In this document: positions 20,331 to 29,498 of the stretch, piece after piece
Layout: each line of letters starts with the position of its first letter
Position numbering within the stretch: position 1 is the first letter of the stretch
IMG/VR virus record: IMGVR_UViG_3300025428_000005
Location: 1 to 60,468 of that record
DNA: 60,468 bases
Origin: a virus
Lineage: Duplodnaviria; Caudoviricetes
Reading direction: 5' to 3' (one strand)
The notes under the pieces: model-generated
Seen by the model: only the letters and a program-made list of their open reading frames with translations
Told to the model about the DNA's origin: nothing
Databases searched by the model: none
Position numbers and translations under genes: made by a program

Positions 20331-20600
20331 TTATTTTTTATCTACGAGAGGTTCTACTACTTTTTTAACTTCTGCGGTTAGCAAATCTGCATTAGAGTTA
20401 GATAACCAAGTGTGTGCTAAGTAAGGTACTGCTGCAAATACTACAGCAAATAAAACAGGTTTAAACTCTACTAGAGTAGTTGGGATGTGTTGTGCTTGTT
20501 CCCAAGACAATACAAATCCACTAACTGCACCTATTACAGCTAAACCTAAGCCTTTAAGCCATTCTTTTTTATTTACTTTGAATAATTCTGATGGTTCCAT
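20331..20600 (-). CDS. Holin-like two-TM membrane protein
   Basis: KEWLKGLGLAVIGAVSGFV and VLFAVVFAAVPYLA hydrophobic segments; SNS motif and charged C-terminus. Confidence 0.6.
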   Translation of the reverse strand: MEPSELFKVNKKEWLKGLGLAVIGAVSGFVLSWEQAQHIPTTLVEFKPVLFAVVFAAVPYLAHTWLSNSNADLLTAEVKKVVEPLVDKK

Positions 20601-20602
20601 GA

Positions 20603-20896
20603 TTAGTTAGTTTTAGGGATTATTGATTGTGCTACATTGATAACTGCTTCTGCGGCTAATGCAATAGCTTTAGCATCACCTGATAATGCAGGTACTTGTG
20701 CTAATAGTTTAACTACAGTTAGGAAATCATCTTCTACTGCATTACCTGTCTTAGGTAAGTCTTGACCTTTAATAGCTAATTCTGTGTTAACTAAGAAAGG
20801 TATAATTGCTTCAGCATCTTTTACTAAGATAACTACCTCATGTTCTACTGCAGTTATAACTGCTTTAATCTTTTGCTCAAATTTTAATAAGCTCAT
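20603..20896 (-). CDS. Hypothetical amphipathic helical protein
   Basis: 97 aa, tightly packed in the cassette. Confidence 0.6.
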   Translation of the reverse strand: MSLLKFEQKIKAVITAVEHEVVILVKDAEAIIPFLVNTELAIKGQDLPKTGNAVEDDFLTVVKLLAQVPALSGDAKAIALAAEAVINVAQSIIPKTN

Positions 20897-21093
20897 TTTA
20901 TTTGGTTTAAAAGGTTTAATTCTAATTGTGATTGTTTTACAAAAGCAATATCTACACTATCTGTGCTGTGATATGATAGCTGTCCATGCCTAATATGTTT
21001 CTTAGGTGTACAACCCATAGTAAATATAAAGAATATAAATACTACTATAACTATAAATATAATAGCTATAAAATCTCTTAAGTCTCTATTCAT
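20893..21093 (-). CDS. Putative small lipoprotein/membrane protein
   Basis: Long hydrophobic N-terminus ending in a lipobox-like TMG|C. Confidence 0.5.
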   Translation of the reverse strand: MNRDLRDFIAIIFIVIVVFIFFIFTMGCTPKKHIRHGQLSYHSTDSVDIAFVKQSQLELNLLNQIK

Positions 21094-21160
21094 CGTATTC
21101 TAAGGCTTTAACTATTACTGATCCAATACCTAAACAAATGGCTATAACTAGTACAGACAT
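21086..21160 (-). CDS. Putative 24-aa membrane peptide (MSVLVIAICLGIGSVIVKALEYDE)
   Basis: Fills the gap between neighbouring genes: ATG 1 nt after the upstream stop, and its stop overlaps the next start region. Not in the ORF track. Confidence 0.4.
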   Translation of the reverse strand: MSVLVIAICLGIGSVIVKALEYDE

Positions 21161-21161
21161 G

Positions 21162-21521
21162 TTAAGGATGAGTTTGAAGAAGTCTGTGCACATTCTTTGC
21201 GCTATCAACTACACTAGCATCTTGCTGAAATAAGGCTCTAAGCATCTGCCCTACTTGTGAAGATTGAAGTGTGTCGTATTTAGTGCCATATCGTGAGTAA
21301 AAACAATCTTTACCCAATGCTGCTAGTTTTCCATTAGGGCCAATTTTATCAATAGCATAGGTTACAACAATTACGTTATCTTTTGCACTTACTTTGAATT
21401 CCCAAATGTCTAATCTTTGAGTTGTTCCAGTAGTGTCTGTGTCAATAACTTTAGAAGCGATTGGCGCTTGTGCTGTTGCAAACAAAGGCAAGAATAGCAC
21501 TAATAATAATAGTTTTTTCAT
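21162..21521 (-). CDS. Hypothetical exported protein
   Basis: Sec signal peptide MKKLLLLVLFLPLFATA|Q. Confidence 0.65.
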   Translation of the reverse strand: MKKLLLLVLFLPLFATAQAPIASKVIDTDTTGTTQRLDIWEFKVSAKDNVIVVTYAIDKIGPNGKLAALGKDCFYSRYGTKYDTLQSSQVGQMLRALFQQDASVVDSAKNVHRLLQTHP

Positions 21522-21523
21522 TT

Positions 21524-24025
21524 TTAGTAAGGTCTAATGATGTGATAAGTTAAAGTTGAGTTGTCTGTTGTTACTGTACTTCCTGCTGTGTTTATGGCGG
21601 TTATTGTTAGTGTATTTGTGGTACATACTGCGGTGTAAATACCACTTATTGTTCCCGATGCTGATGTTATCTGAACAAATGCCCTATCTGTGGAAGCGAG
21701 ACCCGATATAGTTACGGCTACCGTACCACTTGATAACGTTGCATCACCAAACATATCCCCTGCTGACCCCTTGTGAAGCCTTAATGTGTAACCTACCGAT
21801 GCGCACGCAATATCTCCACCTTTGACATCAAGCAAATATGAGCCTGTGGTTTGTCCTATCACAACGTGTGTAACAGAGGTGTTTCCAAGTACTATGGTGT
21901 TGGATGCTCCTATGGTGATACCTTGACCAAGGCATGATGAGTTGGCTATTGACCCACTCGATACGTCCGATGATGCACCTACTATTGTGTTGTTGCTTCC
22001 TGTGGTAAGTGTTGAACCTGCCGTTATGCCTAAGAGGGTGTTGCTTGAACCTGTGGTAAGATTATATCCACCTTGGTAGCCATTAACGGTATTATTACTA
22101 CCTGTAAATCCTGTATTACCTGCTGACGAAGTATACAATGCTTGTGCACCCACTGCAGTATTATTTGCTCCTCCTGTTACATTATATCCACTCTGGCAAC
22201 CGGCAAATGTGTTGTTGCTTCCTGTTATGCCTGCTGAATAGTATGCCGATTGCGACCCTAGGCAAGTGTTGTTTGAACCTGTTGTTGGCCCTCCAGCTTG
22301 AAAACCGAGCGTAAGATTATAAGTAGATGAACTGTTTGTTCCAGCAGTTGAGTAATCGCCAATTGCTATATTATAGCTACTTGTACCTACGTTTGATTGA
22401 TAACCTATACAAATATTATGAGAACCTGTCACAACTGCATTATCAAACGCTTGACGACCAATGCCAATATTGCTTCCTCCTGTTACATTCCTGCCAGCTT
22501 CTACACCAAACATTGTATTATAACTACCTGTGGTGTTACCATACAAAGCGTAGCTACCAAAAGAAGTGTTTGAATATGTTAAATCAATTGAACCTGATTT
22601 AATACCGTTGGTTTTAAACATCAATCCTACGTTGTCCGTAGTACCTATGAAGTTTGTACCTACTGTTGTACCGCTATTGCCTGTTAACCCCCAGCCTGAA
22701 CTACCATTCTGCTTAACCCAATATTGTGTTGCAATCCTTGCACCATTGGAATTGCCTGTTGTTGTGTCGACTTTAAAGAGACGTGGTTTGGCGGCCGTTA
22801 TTTTAAGACCCCATGAGTTTGCTATACCGCTATCCCCTACAAGTGTTCCATAGGAAAAAGTACCACTACCATTATTGTATAGATACCCTGTTGAGTTGCT
22901 TAACGAACCGATAGAGGTAAGGTTGGTATATGCCGCTTGATATTGAGGTACATTAAGCGTGTTGCTTGAAAATGTCGCAGCACCGCTCGTTCCTGTTGTT
23001 GTGAGGCTGATATTCTTTTGATAAGGATATAAAGCACTTGTGAGCCTACCTTTACTCACCAACCCTGTTGATAGTGTGGTATCTGCCTTAAACACCCTTG
23101 GTTTAGAGGCTGTTATTCTTATTCCATAGCCTGATGCAGCACCGCTATCACTTGAAGCAGTTGTCCAACCTAATGTACCTGCATTATCTGTACTGTATAA
23201 TACTTGACCTGTTGATGCTTGAGTTGCAGGTAGAGTAAGTGTTAAATTACCTGATGGAGAACCTGGTACAATAGTATTTGTATAGACATTATTTCCATTG
23301 TAAAATATCAATGAACCATTGTAATTTGAAGCACTTCCTGTGGATAAACTAACGTCACCTAATACTCCTGCGGCTTCAAGTGTATTACCAAGTACAACGC
23401 TTTTTGTAGCACCTACATAAGGTACAAATTGCTTACCTGCCCTTGTTTGACTTTCTATAACTGTGGTATCTGCATACAAAGTGATTTTAGTACCGCTTGT
23501 GCTTTTCTTTAATCCATATCCATTAACAACAGCACTATCCACATAAATAGGAATGTTCAGAGTACTACCAACTAATGTAGCAGCACCACTTGCGCCTGTT
23601 GTTGTAAGACTAATTGATTTTTGATAAGGTACAAGTGCTTTTGTTAACCTTGATTGACTCGCTGCAATTGTCGTATCTAGTGTTACTACACGAGGTTTAG
23701 CTACAGATATTCTTACACCATACCCAGAAGTTACGCCAGAGTCACCACTAGAAGTTATAGGTGCCCATGTAGCATTACCTACACCATCTGAAGTCATTAC
23801 GTAACCATTAATTGGTGTACCATAACTATACTTCAATTGACCACTCATAGTACCACCTAACTTCCATGCATTGTATAATGTGTAGAAGCTATTGGTTAAA
23901 TTAGTTCCTTTAGGTACACTACCTGTACCCCATAAAGTATCTATTCTACCTAAAGAAATATAACTCTGCGAATACCCTAAAGTACTAAGTAAGACAAATA
24001 ATACTATATATAAATACTTCTTCAT
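21524..24025 (-). CDS. Fibre/adhesin-like repeat protein with a signal peptide (start corrected from 24106 to 24025)
   Basis: ATG at 24025 lies 2 nt after the upstream stop; MKKYLYIVLFVLLSTLGYS|Q; TGSxNTxxG beta-roll repeats; WGLTGNSGT...NFIGTTDN motif. Confidence 0.7.
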   Translation of the reverse strand: MKKYLYIVLFVLLSTLGYSQSYISLGRIDTLWGTGSVPKGTNLTNSFYTLYNAWKLGGTMSGQLKYSYGTPINGYVMTSDGVGNATWAPITSSGDSGVTSGYGVRISVAKPRVVTLDTTIAASQSRLTKALVPYQKSISLTTTGASGAATLVGSTLNIPIYVDSAVVNGYGLKKSTSGTKITLYADTTVIESQTRAGKQFVPYVGATKSVVLGNTLEAAGVLGDVSLSTGSASNYNGSLIFYNGNNVYTNTIVPGSPSGNLTLTLPATQASTGQVLYSTDNAGTLGWTTASSDSGAASGYGIRITASKPRVFKADTTLSTGLVSKGRLTSALYPYQKNISLTTTGTSGAATFSSNTLNVPQYQAAYTNLTSIGSLSNSTGYLYNNGSGTFSYGTLVGDSGIANSWGLKITAAKPRLFKVDTTTGNSNGARIATQYWVKQNGSSGWGLTGNSGTTVGTNFIGTTDNVGLMFKTNGIKSGSIDLTYSNTSFGSYALYGNTTGSYNTMFGVEAGRNVTGGSNIGIGRQAFDNAVVTGSHNICIGYQSNVGTSSYNIAIGDYSTAGTNSSSTYNLTLGFQAGGPTTGSNNTCLGSQSAYYSAGITGSNNTFAGCQSGYNVTGGANNTAVGAQALYTSSAGNTGFTGSNNTVNGYQGGYNLTTGSSNTLLGITAGSTLTTGSNNTIVGASSDVSSGSIANSSCLGQGITIGASNTIVLGNTSVTHVVIGQTTGSYLLDVKGGDIACASVGYTLRLHKGSAGDMFGDATLSSGTVAVTISGLASTDRAFVQITSASGTISGIYTAVCTTNTLTITAINTAGSTVTTDNSTLTYHIIRPY

Positions 24026-24027
24026 AG

Positions 24028-24414
24028 TTAAGGAATTAAAGTCCAAGTACCTTGTACTAAACAAATAAATGAGGCAGTATTGCCAGTTGCTAAAGGATAT
24101 ACCCAAGGTTGATTAACAGACTGTCCGTAGAATGTTTCACCTGTAAAAGGGTATACATTTAAATCTTTAGTGCCTCTATTCTGTACTACCATAATCATAT
24201 TAACTATACTAGGTAATAATCTTACAGAATCTTCATTATTAGCTACTGTATCTACAAAGTTATACACAGAAGTTAATTGTGTAGCACTTGCTTGACCACC
24301 ACCTGCATAAGCTGTAATACCTGATGTTTGTAGGCTAGTAATATAACCTGACATATAAGTATTATTACTTGTAATAAGTAAAGCTCCTGTACTATCAAAT
24401 ACTTTCCAAGCCAT
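24028..24414 (-). CDS. Putative virion structural protein
   Basis: 128 aa; TAYAGGGQASATQL...SVRL...NVYP, in the tail-fibre region. Confidence 0.5.
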   Translation of the reverse strand: MAWKVFDSTGALLITSNNTYMSGYITSLQTSGITAYAGGGQASATQLTSVYNFVDTVANNEDSVRLLPSIVNMIMVVQNRGTKDLNVYPFTGETFYGQSVNQPWVYPLATGNTASFICLVQGTWTLIP

Positions 24415-24416
24415 AA

Positions 24417-25010
24417 TTACTGTATTAAATTCTCTACACCATTAATAGTATAATCTACACCACCATCTACAGAGCTTATAGCTACTATAGAATCACCGCT
24501 ATTTAAAGCTACAATACCATCCTCTTGTGCGAAGTGACTTACATTCAAAGCCATATTCACAGGACTTATAGCGTAGTTATTACCTGCAACTTGTTTATAT
24601 ACTGTCATGTAAACTGGTGAACTTTGATTATTAGAGAAAGTCATTAATCTAATAGAAGTTGTATATCCAGTAGGTACAGTATATAATGTAGTAATTGCAG
24701 CTCCTATAACTCCTGTACCTAAGTCTTTTTGTGCCATTGTGTCTTCTGAATTAGCTGTTAGATCTATAATTAACTCATTACCTGAAGATCTAACACCATT
24801 ACCTACGTAATGTATTACATTTGTATCACCTTGATTTGAGAGAACTTTACCATTATTCTTAATTGCAAACTTCTGATGCTTCGTATCATACAAAGATAAT
24901 GTACCATCTTTGTTACCTATATATGATACATTGTTTGTTGTATCTGTATATATAGTATTGTATGAGGCAAGTCTCTTGTAGTTAAGTTGAGTTATTTGTT
25001 CTCTAGTCAT
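24417..25010 (-). CDS. Hypothetical, probably virion-associated protein
   Basis: 197 aa; C-terminal beta domain TTLYTVPTG...LNSGDSI...INGVE. Confidence 0.5.
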   Translation of the reverse strand: MTREQITQLNYKRLASYNTIYTDTTNNVSYIGNKDGTLSLYDTKHQKFAIKNNGKVLSNQGDTNVIHYVGNGVRSSGNELIIDLTANSEDTMAQKDLGTGVIGAAITTLYTVPTGYTTSIRLMTFSNNQSSPVYMTVYKQVAGNNYAISPVNMALNVSHFAQEDGIVALNSGDSIVAISSVDGGVDYTINGVENLIQ

Positions 25011-25011
25011 A

Positions 25012-25494
25012 CTAAGGTATTAATATATACCCACTATCATCTACTTTACCTGATGTTTTAAGTTCTAAGGCTTGGGCTAATGTTAAACCAAGCATCTTTT
25101 CTACGTGATCATTATCTTTAAATGTAGCCCAATCACCACCCCAAACCCACCCTTTATACTTGAAACTATTAACTACTTCTAACCAATCTGAAGTAGCCGC
25201 ATGTCCTAAATGCTCGGTCATATCAAAGCTTACAGAGCCATCTTTATGATGTAAACAAAAATCTATAGCTAACCCAAAATTATGAGGTGATTGCCCTCCT
25301 TTAGCTTGTGTAACTATCTTACCTGGAGCAGTTCTACCTTGTGCATATAAAGCATCTTGTTCTGCAAATGTACGTAATCCTTGAGTAATACGTATATCTA
25401 CTCCTGTAGCTTCTATAGAGTTAATTATCTCTGAAACTTCAGCTCTTAGCTTTGGATGTAAAAGCGCTAAACGGGCGATACTTATTGTGTCCAT
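25012..25494 (-). CDS. Endolysin, M15 family (L-Ala-D-Glu peptidase)
   Basis: GLRTFAEQDALYAQGRT, SPHNFGLAID, WGGDW and DNDHVE Zn-binding motifs. Confidence 0.92.
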   Translation of the reverse strand: MDTISIARLALLHPKLRAEVSEIINSIEATGVDIRITQGLRTFAEQDALYAQGRTAPGKIVTQAKGGQSPHNFGLAIDFCLHHKDGSVSFDMTEHLGHAATSDWLEVVNSFKYKGWVWGGDWATFKDNDHVEKMLGLTLAQALELKTSGKVDDSGYILIP

Positions 25495-25693
25495 AAATTC
25501 TGTTTCTTCTGCGTCTTACGGCTGGTTTAGTAAAAAATCTGTCATATATTTCAAATGACCACTTCCAAATAGTATAGAATATAGTAAGCACTAAAGCTAT
25601 AACTCCTAAGTAAGCTTGTATACTACCTAATAAAGCACTAGATATGAATGCTAATAAAACATCTGTCTTGTCTATTACTTTATGTACGCTCAT
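25439..25693 (-). CDS. Putative holin
   Basis: Hydrophobic segments followed by a basic tail; overlaps the endolysin start. Confidence 0.6.
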   Translation of the reverse strand: MSVHKVIDKTDVLLAFISSALLGSIQAYLGVIALVLTIFYTIWKWSFEIYDRFFTKPAVRRRRNRIYGHNKYRPFSAFTSKAKS

Positions 25694-25712
25694 AGGTATC
25701 TGTAGTTATAAG

Positions 25713-26087
25713 TTAGCTAGCGTAAAAATAATGTACGTGAATAGTGTGTGTTTTACCTGAAGTTACGCCTATGATTTGTGCATTCTGAATATTAGTTACA
25801 TTTGTAACAACTAATACTTCTTCATCATTCAAAGGAGAACCTACAGAACTAGTTGGTGCTGTGCCATCTAATCTGAATCTAACTACTTTAAGACTCGCAG
25901 CTTGGGAAGCATCTGCCTCTATCCTAATAAGTGCGTATGTAGCATGGCTAGGTGCAGTAGGTAAACTAACTGCAGCAGAGTTTGTTACAGTTGTATAAGC
26001 ATAAGATATACACTGTTTACCTTTGTCTTGTGATATTGAGAAACTTAATTGGCTTTGTAAAAGCTGCTCTGCTCTTGAATCTATCAT
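25713..26087 (-). CDS. Putative virion structural protein
   Basis: 124 aa beta-rich; VRFRLDGTAPTSSVG. Confidence 0.5.
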   Translation of the reverse strand: MIDSRAEQLLQSQLSFSISQDKGKQCISYAYTTVTNSAAVSLPTAPSHATYALIRIEADASQAASLKVVRFRLDGTAPTSSVGSPLNDEEVLVVTNVTNIQNAQIIGVTSGKTHTIHVHYFYAS

Positions 26088-26098
26088 GATATTTTAGT

Positions 26099-27466
26099 TT
26101 ATCTGTTAACTAATACTGGGATATGTATCCATGCCTTACCTGCAGTTAAGTTAGCTGTACCTATAGTTATAGTTACGTTAGCTACTCCTACTAAGTTTAA
26201 AGTGTTTCCTATAGTACCTAATTTAAGAACTCCTGCAGCTGCGTTATAAGGTGTTGCTGAAATAGCTGTAGCTGTATCAAATGCTGTGTTATAATTTGAA
26301 CCTCCAGCTACATTAATACCCCAAGATACTGTAGCACTTCCTCCTGATGTAAATACAGTAAGTGTTTCTATAATAGCTTGTTGTGATCCTATAATAACTC
26401 CAGAAGGTATTGGAGCGCCGGATAAAGTAATAGTACCAGTAGCACCGCCTATTGAACTAAAGTCATATAAATAAGAATACCATCTTAAATACATGTCAGG
26501 TCCATAACTATTATGTGGTAAATATTTAGGCGATATATAAACTGATGTACCATTAGTAGCATCTTGCTTATACTCAATAGCTTGTGTTAAATGTAACCCA
26601 GGTTGATAAACAGGTCCTGGATATTGGTAAGTAAGTGTATATCCAGTAGATACATTTAAACCTGCTTGATATATTGTAAAATGTTGATCGTATGTAGTTG
26701 AAGTAGCTACGTTAATTGTCTTACTAGAACTTGCGCTGTAAGAATTAAATACTTGAGTACTTTGCGAGGTACCTGGTGTAAGTGTTAAAGAACTACCTGA
26801 TATAGTAGATATTAAACCATAGCCTACTCTAGAATCCCAATTAGCTTGTTCGGTTAAATAAAGTTTAGTAACTGCGTCTTGGTTAGATACAGGGTTAGCT
26901 AAGTTACTTGCAAGTTGTGAATTAAATCCTACCGCACTGGTTGGGCTAGGTAAAGTAGATAAAGTTAAAGCATCTACGTAAGCTTTTGTAGAAGCATCTG
27001 TAGAAGCAGTAGGTGTTCCAAGGTTAGTTAATTTATAACCACCCATTGACTGTGCTGCAGTGAATGCATTAGTCCCAGCTGCCAATATGGCAGTATACCC
27101 ATTACCTCCGGCTGCAAGGAGCACTTGATCCCAGTTAACTGAATCACCTGTAGCACTACCTGCACCCATACCTGTATGCTTATATCCACCCATAGGTTGA
27201 TTAGCTGTATAAGTAACAGTACCTGTAGGCTGTATAGACCCATTAGCTAAAGTTGTTACAGTTGTAATAGCACTAGATCTATTAGATGTTTCTGTGGCTA
27301 TAGCTGAAGTAAGTGTACTATCTGCACTGGCTCTTGCGGTAGCTTCTAAGCTATTAATTTGAGTAATAGTCATTTTTGCAGAAGTACCACTTTGGCTAAC
27401 TTCTAATACATCACTTGCGTTAACTGTACTAGCTGCGTTTAATTGATCTATAGTTTGGAATGACAT
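26099..27466 (-). CDS. Tail fibre protein (start corrected to 27466)
   Basis: ATG at 27466 lies 1 nt after the upstream stop; three repeats of the type MGGYKLTNLGTPTASTDASTKAYVD. Confidence 0.7.
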   Translation of the reverse strand: MSFQTIDQLNAASTVNASDVLEVSQSGTSAKMTITQINSLEATARASADSTLTSAIATETSNRSSAITTVTTLANGSIQPTGTVTYTANQPMGGYKHTGMGAGSATGDSVNWDQVLLAAGGNGYTAILAAGTNAFTAAQSMGGYKLTNLGTPTASTDASTKAYVDALTLSTLPSPTSAVGFNSQLASNLANPVSNQDAVTKLYLTEQANWDSRVGYGLISTISGSSLTLTPGTSQSTQVFNSYSASSSKTINVATSTTYDQHFTIYQAGLNVSTGYTLTYQYPGPVYQPGLHLTQAIEYKQDATNGTSVYISPKYLPHNSYGPDMYLRWYSYLYDFSSIGGATGTITLSGAPIPSGVIIGSQQAIIETLTVFTSGGSATVSWGINVAGGSNYNTAFDTATAISATPYNAAAGVLKLGTIGNTLNLVGVANVTITIGTANLTAGKAWIHIPVLVNR

Positions 27467-27467
27467 A

Positions 27468-28232
27468 TTAAGGTGTATAAGTGTTAAATACTCTATTAGC
27501 TCCTGTAGATGTTTGTCTATAACCACCTGTAGAAGCTGCTCTACCTACTACACCTATTGGTGCATTTAGTAGTGGTGCTGTATAAGTATAACCTAAAGGT
27601 TTAAAAGCTACTTTAATATCTTTTGAAATATCTTCAAATATTTTAATGTACTGTGCATCTGTTAAACAGTTGCTAATACTTGATGCTGTAACAGCTGTAA
27701 TTCCACCTACAAAGTAAGAACCTAATGTAGGAGCTACAATACCTGGTTTAGAAGAACCCACAGCTGTGAATGTAATATACCATACATTATTTGGTGTACT
27801 ACCTTGACCTACAGGGGCTTGCACATATATAGCTTGATTAGTTAAATCTAATGAACAAGTTAATCCTGTTGTAGTATCTGCATTAATTAAGTTATACAGG
27901 CTAGTCATTGCTGCACTTATACTAGCACTTGTAGATGAAGTATAAGTAGGTAATGTACTACCTGTAAAAGTCATTACTAATTGAAAGCTAGTCCCTGGAG
28001 TCCAGCTAGAGTAGTCATACTTACTATGCGCTCTAACTTCTGTAACAGGTGTTTTTATATCTTCTAGTACTCGTAATCTATTAATTAAAGTTTCTAGTTC
28101 ATAAAAACCTTTAGTTATACTATCACCACCATAAGACAATTGAGCTACTAAAAGTTGTGTTTTTAATGCAGCAACTTTAGCACCTAATTGTAATCTAGTA
28201 GTAACATCTGTATTTAATAGAATAGTGCTCAT
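27468..28232 (-). CDS. Putative tail hub/structural protein
   Basis: 254 aa; helical termini including NCLTDAQ, with a beta-rich insertion; tail region. Confidence 0.5.
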   Translation of the reverse strand: MSTILLNTDVTTRLQLGAKVAALKTQLLVAQLSYGGDSITKGFYELETLINRLRVLEDIKTPVTEVRAHSKYDYSSWTPGTSFQLVMTFTGSTLPTYTSSTSASISAAMTSLYNLINADTTTGLTCSLDLTNQAIYVQAPVGQGSTPNNVWYITFTAVGSSKPGIVAPTLGSYFVGGITAVTASSISNCLTDAQYIKIFEDISKDIKVAFKPLGYTYTAPLLNAPIGVVGRAASTGGYRQTSTGANRVFNTYTP

Positions 28233-28807
28233 TAGTTATTTATAGTATAATATAAACAAGCTAGGTTACCTAAAGAATCACCTACTATACATTGTATAGT
28301 TAATACACACATTGAAGGGTATAGTGGGTTTGTAGTAATATTTGGTGTATTTGCTATAGGGTTAATTACATTAGTTCTATAAGGTAGATTAACAGTACAT
28401 ACTTTAGAAGTCTGTCCAGATGCTATATACGGTCCATTATTTACATTGTTTATAAAACTTTGCACTACCCAATAGTAAGTGTATCCGGCACCAGAACCTC
28501 CTGTAGCTGTTGCAGCTAATGTATAACTATTATTACCATTAGCTACAGCTCCTATATAACCTCTAAGGTTAGCAGGTTTAACTATAGCTAAAGTACCAGT
28601 CTGCAACCACCCTGAAGCAGTCTTAGTCCATAATGTAGTATCTGTAGAACACAAGTAGTTATCTCCTACGTTACCTAAAGTAGAGCTTGGAGGGTTAGTT
28701 GTACCAGTTAAAAAGTTAGTACCATTTGTTCCATTTGTACCATTTATACCTGAAGGCCCTTGTGGTCCGTAAGGTATTGTGGCTGAGTTTACAGTATTAC
28801 AATTCAT
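28232..28807 (-). CDS. Short collagen-repeat fibre protein
   Basis: GPQGPSGINGTNGTNGTN followed by GNVGDNYL...WTKTASGW. Confidence 0.6.
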   Translation of the reverse strand: MNCNTVNSATIPYGPQGPSGINGTNGTNGTNFLTGTTNPPSSTLGNVGDNYLCSTDTTLWTKTASGWLQTGTLAIVKPANLRGYIGAVANGNNSYTLAATATGGSGAGYTYYWVVQSFINNVNNGPYIASGQTSKVCTVNLPYRTNVINPIANTPNITTNPLYPSMCVLTIQCIVGDSLGNLACLYYTINN

Positions 28808-28817
28808 ATCTTATATA

Positions 28818-29420
28818 TTAACTACATGAAGTACACCCTGATACATTAGGGTTTGAACTACACATACTGTTTAGTATTGCTAGGTTATTTGCAAAGGTAC
28901 TAGTTAATCCGTTTAGTGCAGAGTATTCTAATCCTTTAAGTAATAAAGAAGCTTGATTAAATTCATTAATCTTTGCCTCATTACATTTGCATTGGAAATC
29001 ATCTATTGCTGCACACATCTGTGTAACACAACATTTACAAACTGCGTAGAATAACTTTACTAGAGTTTGAGTATAGGTATAACCTGTACTTGTAACTACT
29101 TGATATACAAAGGTATATTGACCATCAGGAATTTGAGTGCCTGTAGTTATAGCTGTATAAGGTATAGTATATACTTGTTGCGTGTTATTTGTTGGGTAAG
29201 ATGGTGCAGTAGCGAATAAGTTTATAACTAATGGTGTAGTTGAGTAAGTGCTAGTTACAGTTAAAGTAGCAGAAGTAGCTACTCCAATTGTATCGTTAGG
29301 AGCACCCCAACCAGTTGTGTTAGTTAACAGGTCATAAACTCCTGTAAGTTCTTGAAAGTATAATTGCGATGCATCTGGGGATTCCCATACATCAAATTGT
29401 AAGACTACTCCACCTGCCAT
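28818..29420 (-). CDS. Putative tail hub protein (Cys-rich C-terminus)
   Basis: TGWGAPN, IPDGQYTFVY, CKCC...CKC...CTSC. Confidence 0.5.
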   Translation of the reverse strand: MAGGVVLQFDVWESPDASQLYFQELTGVYDLLTNTTGWGAPNDTIGVATSATLTVTSTYSTTPLVINLFATAPSYPTNNTQQVYTIPYTAITTGTQIPDGQYTFVYQVVTSTGYTYTQTLVKLFYAVCKCCVTQMCAAIDDFQCKCNEAKINEFNQASLLLKGLEYSALNGLTSTFANNLAILNSMCSSNPNVSGCTSCS

Positions 29421-29440
29421 TTGATATAGATTTAAGTTGT

Positions 29441-29481
29441 TTAAAACAAAGAGAAGTTAGGGGCTTTTTACACCCCTAACT
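29441..29481 (-). terminator. Rho-independent terminator after the capsid-associated genes
   Basis: AGTTAGGGG/CCCCTAACT 9-bp stem followed by TCTCTTTGTTTT on the minus strand. Confidence 0.75.
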
Positions 29482-29498
29482 AATTACTTAATCTATTC

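Noticed and set aside
21524-27466. Diversity-generating retroelement targeting the fibre genes
   Set aside because: No reverse transcriptase and no near-identical TR/VR pair noticed in the window
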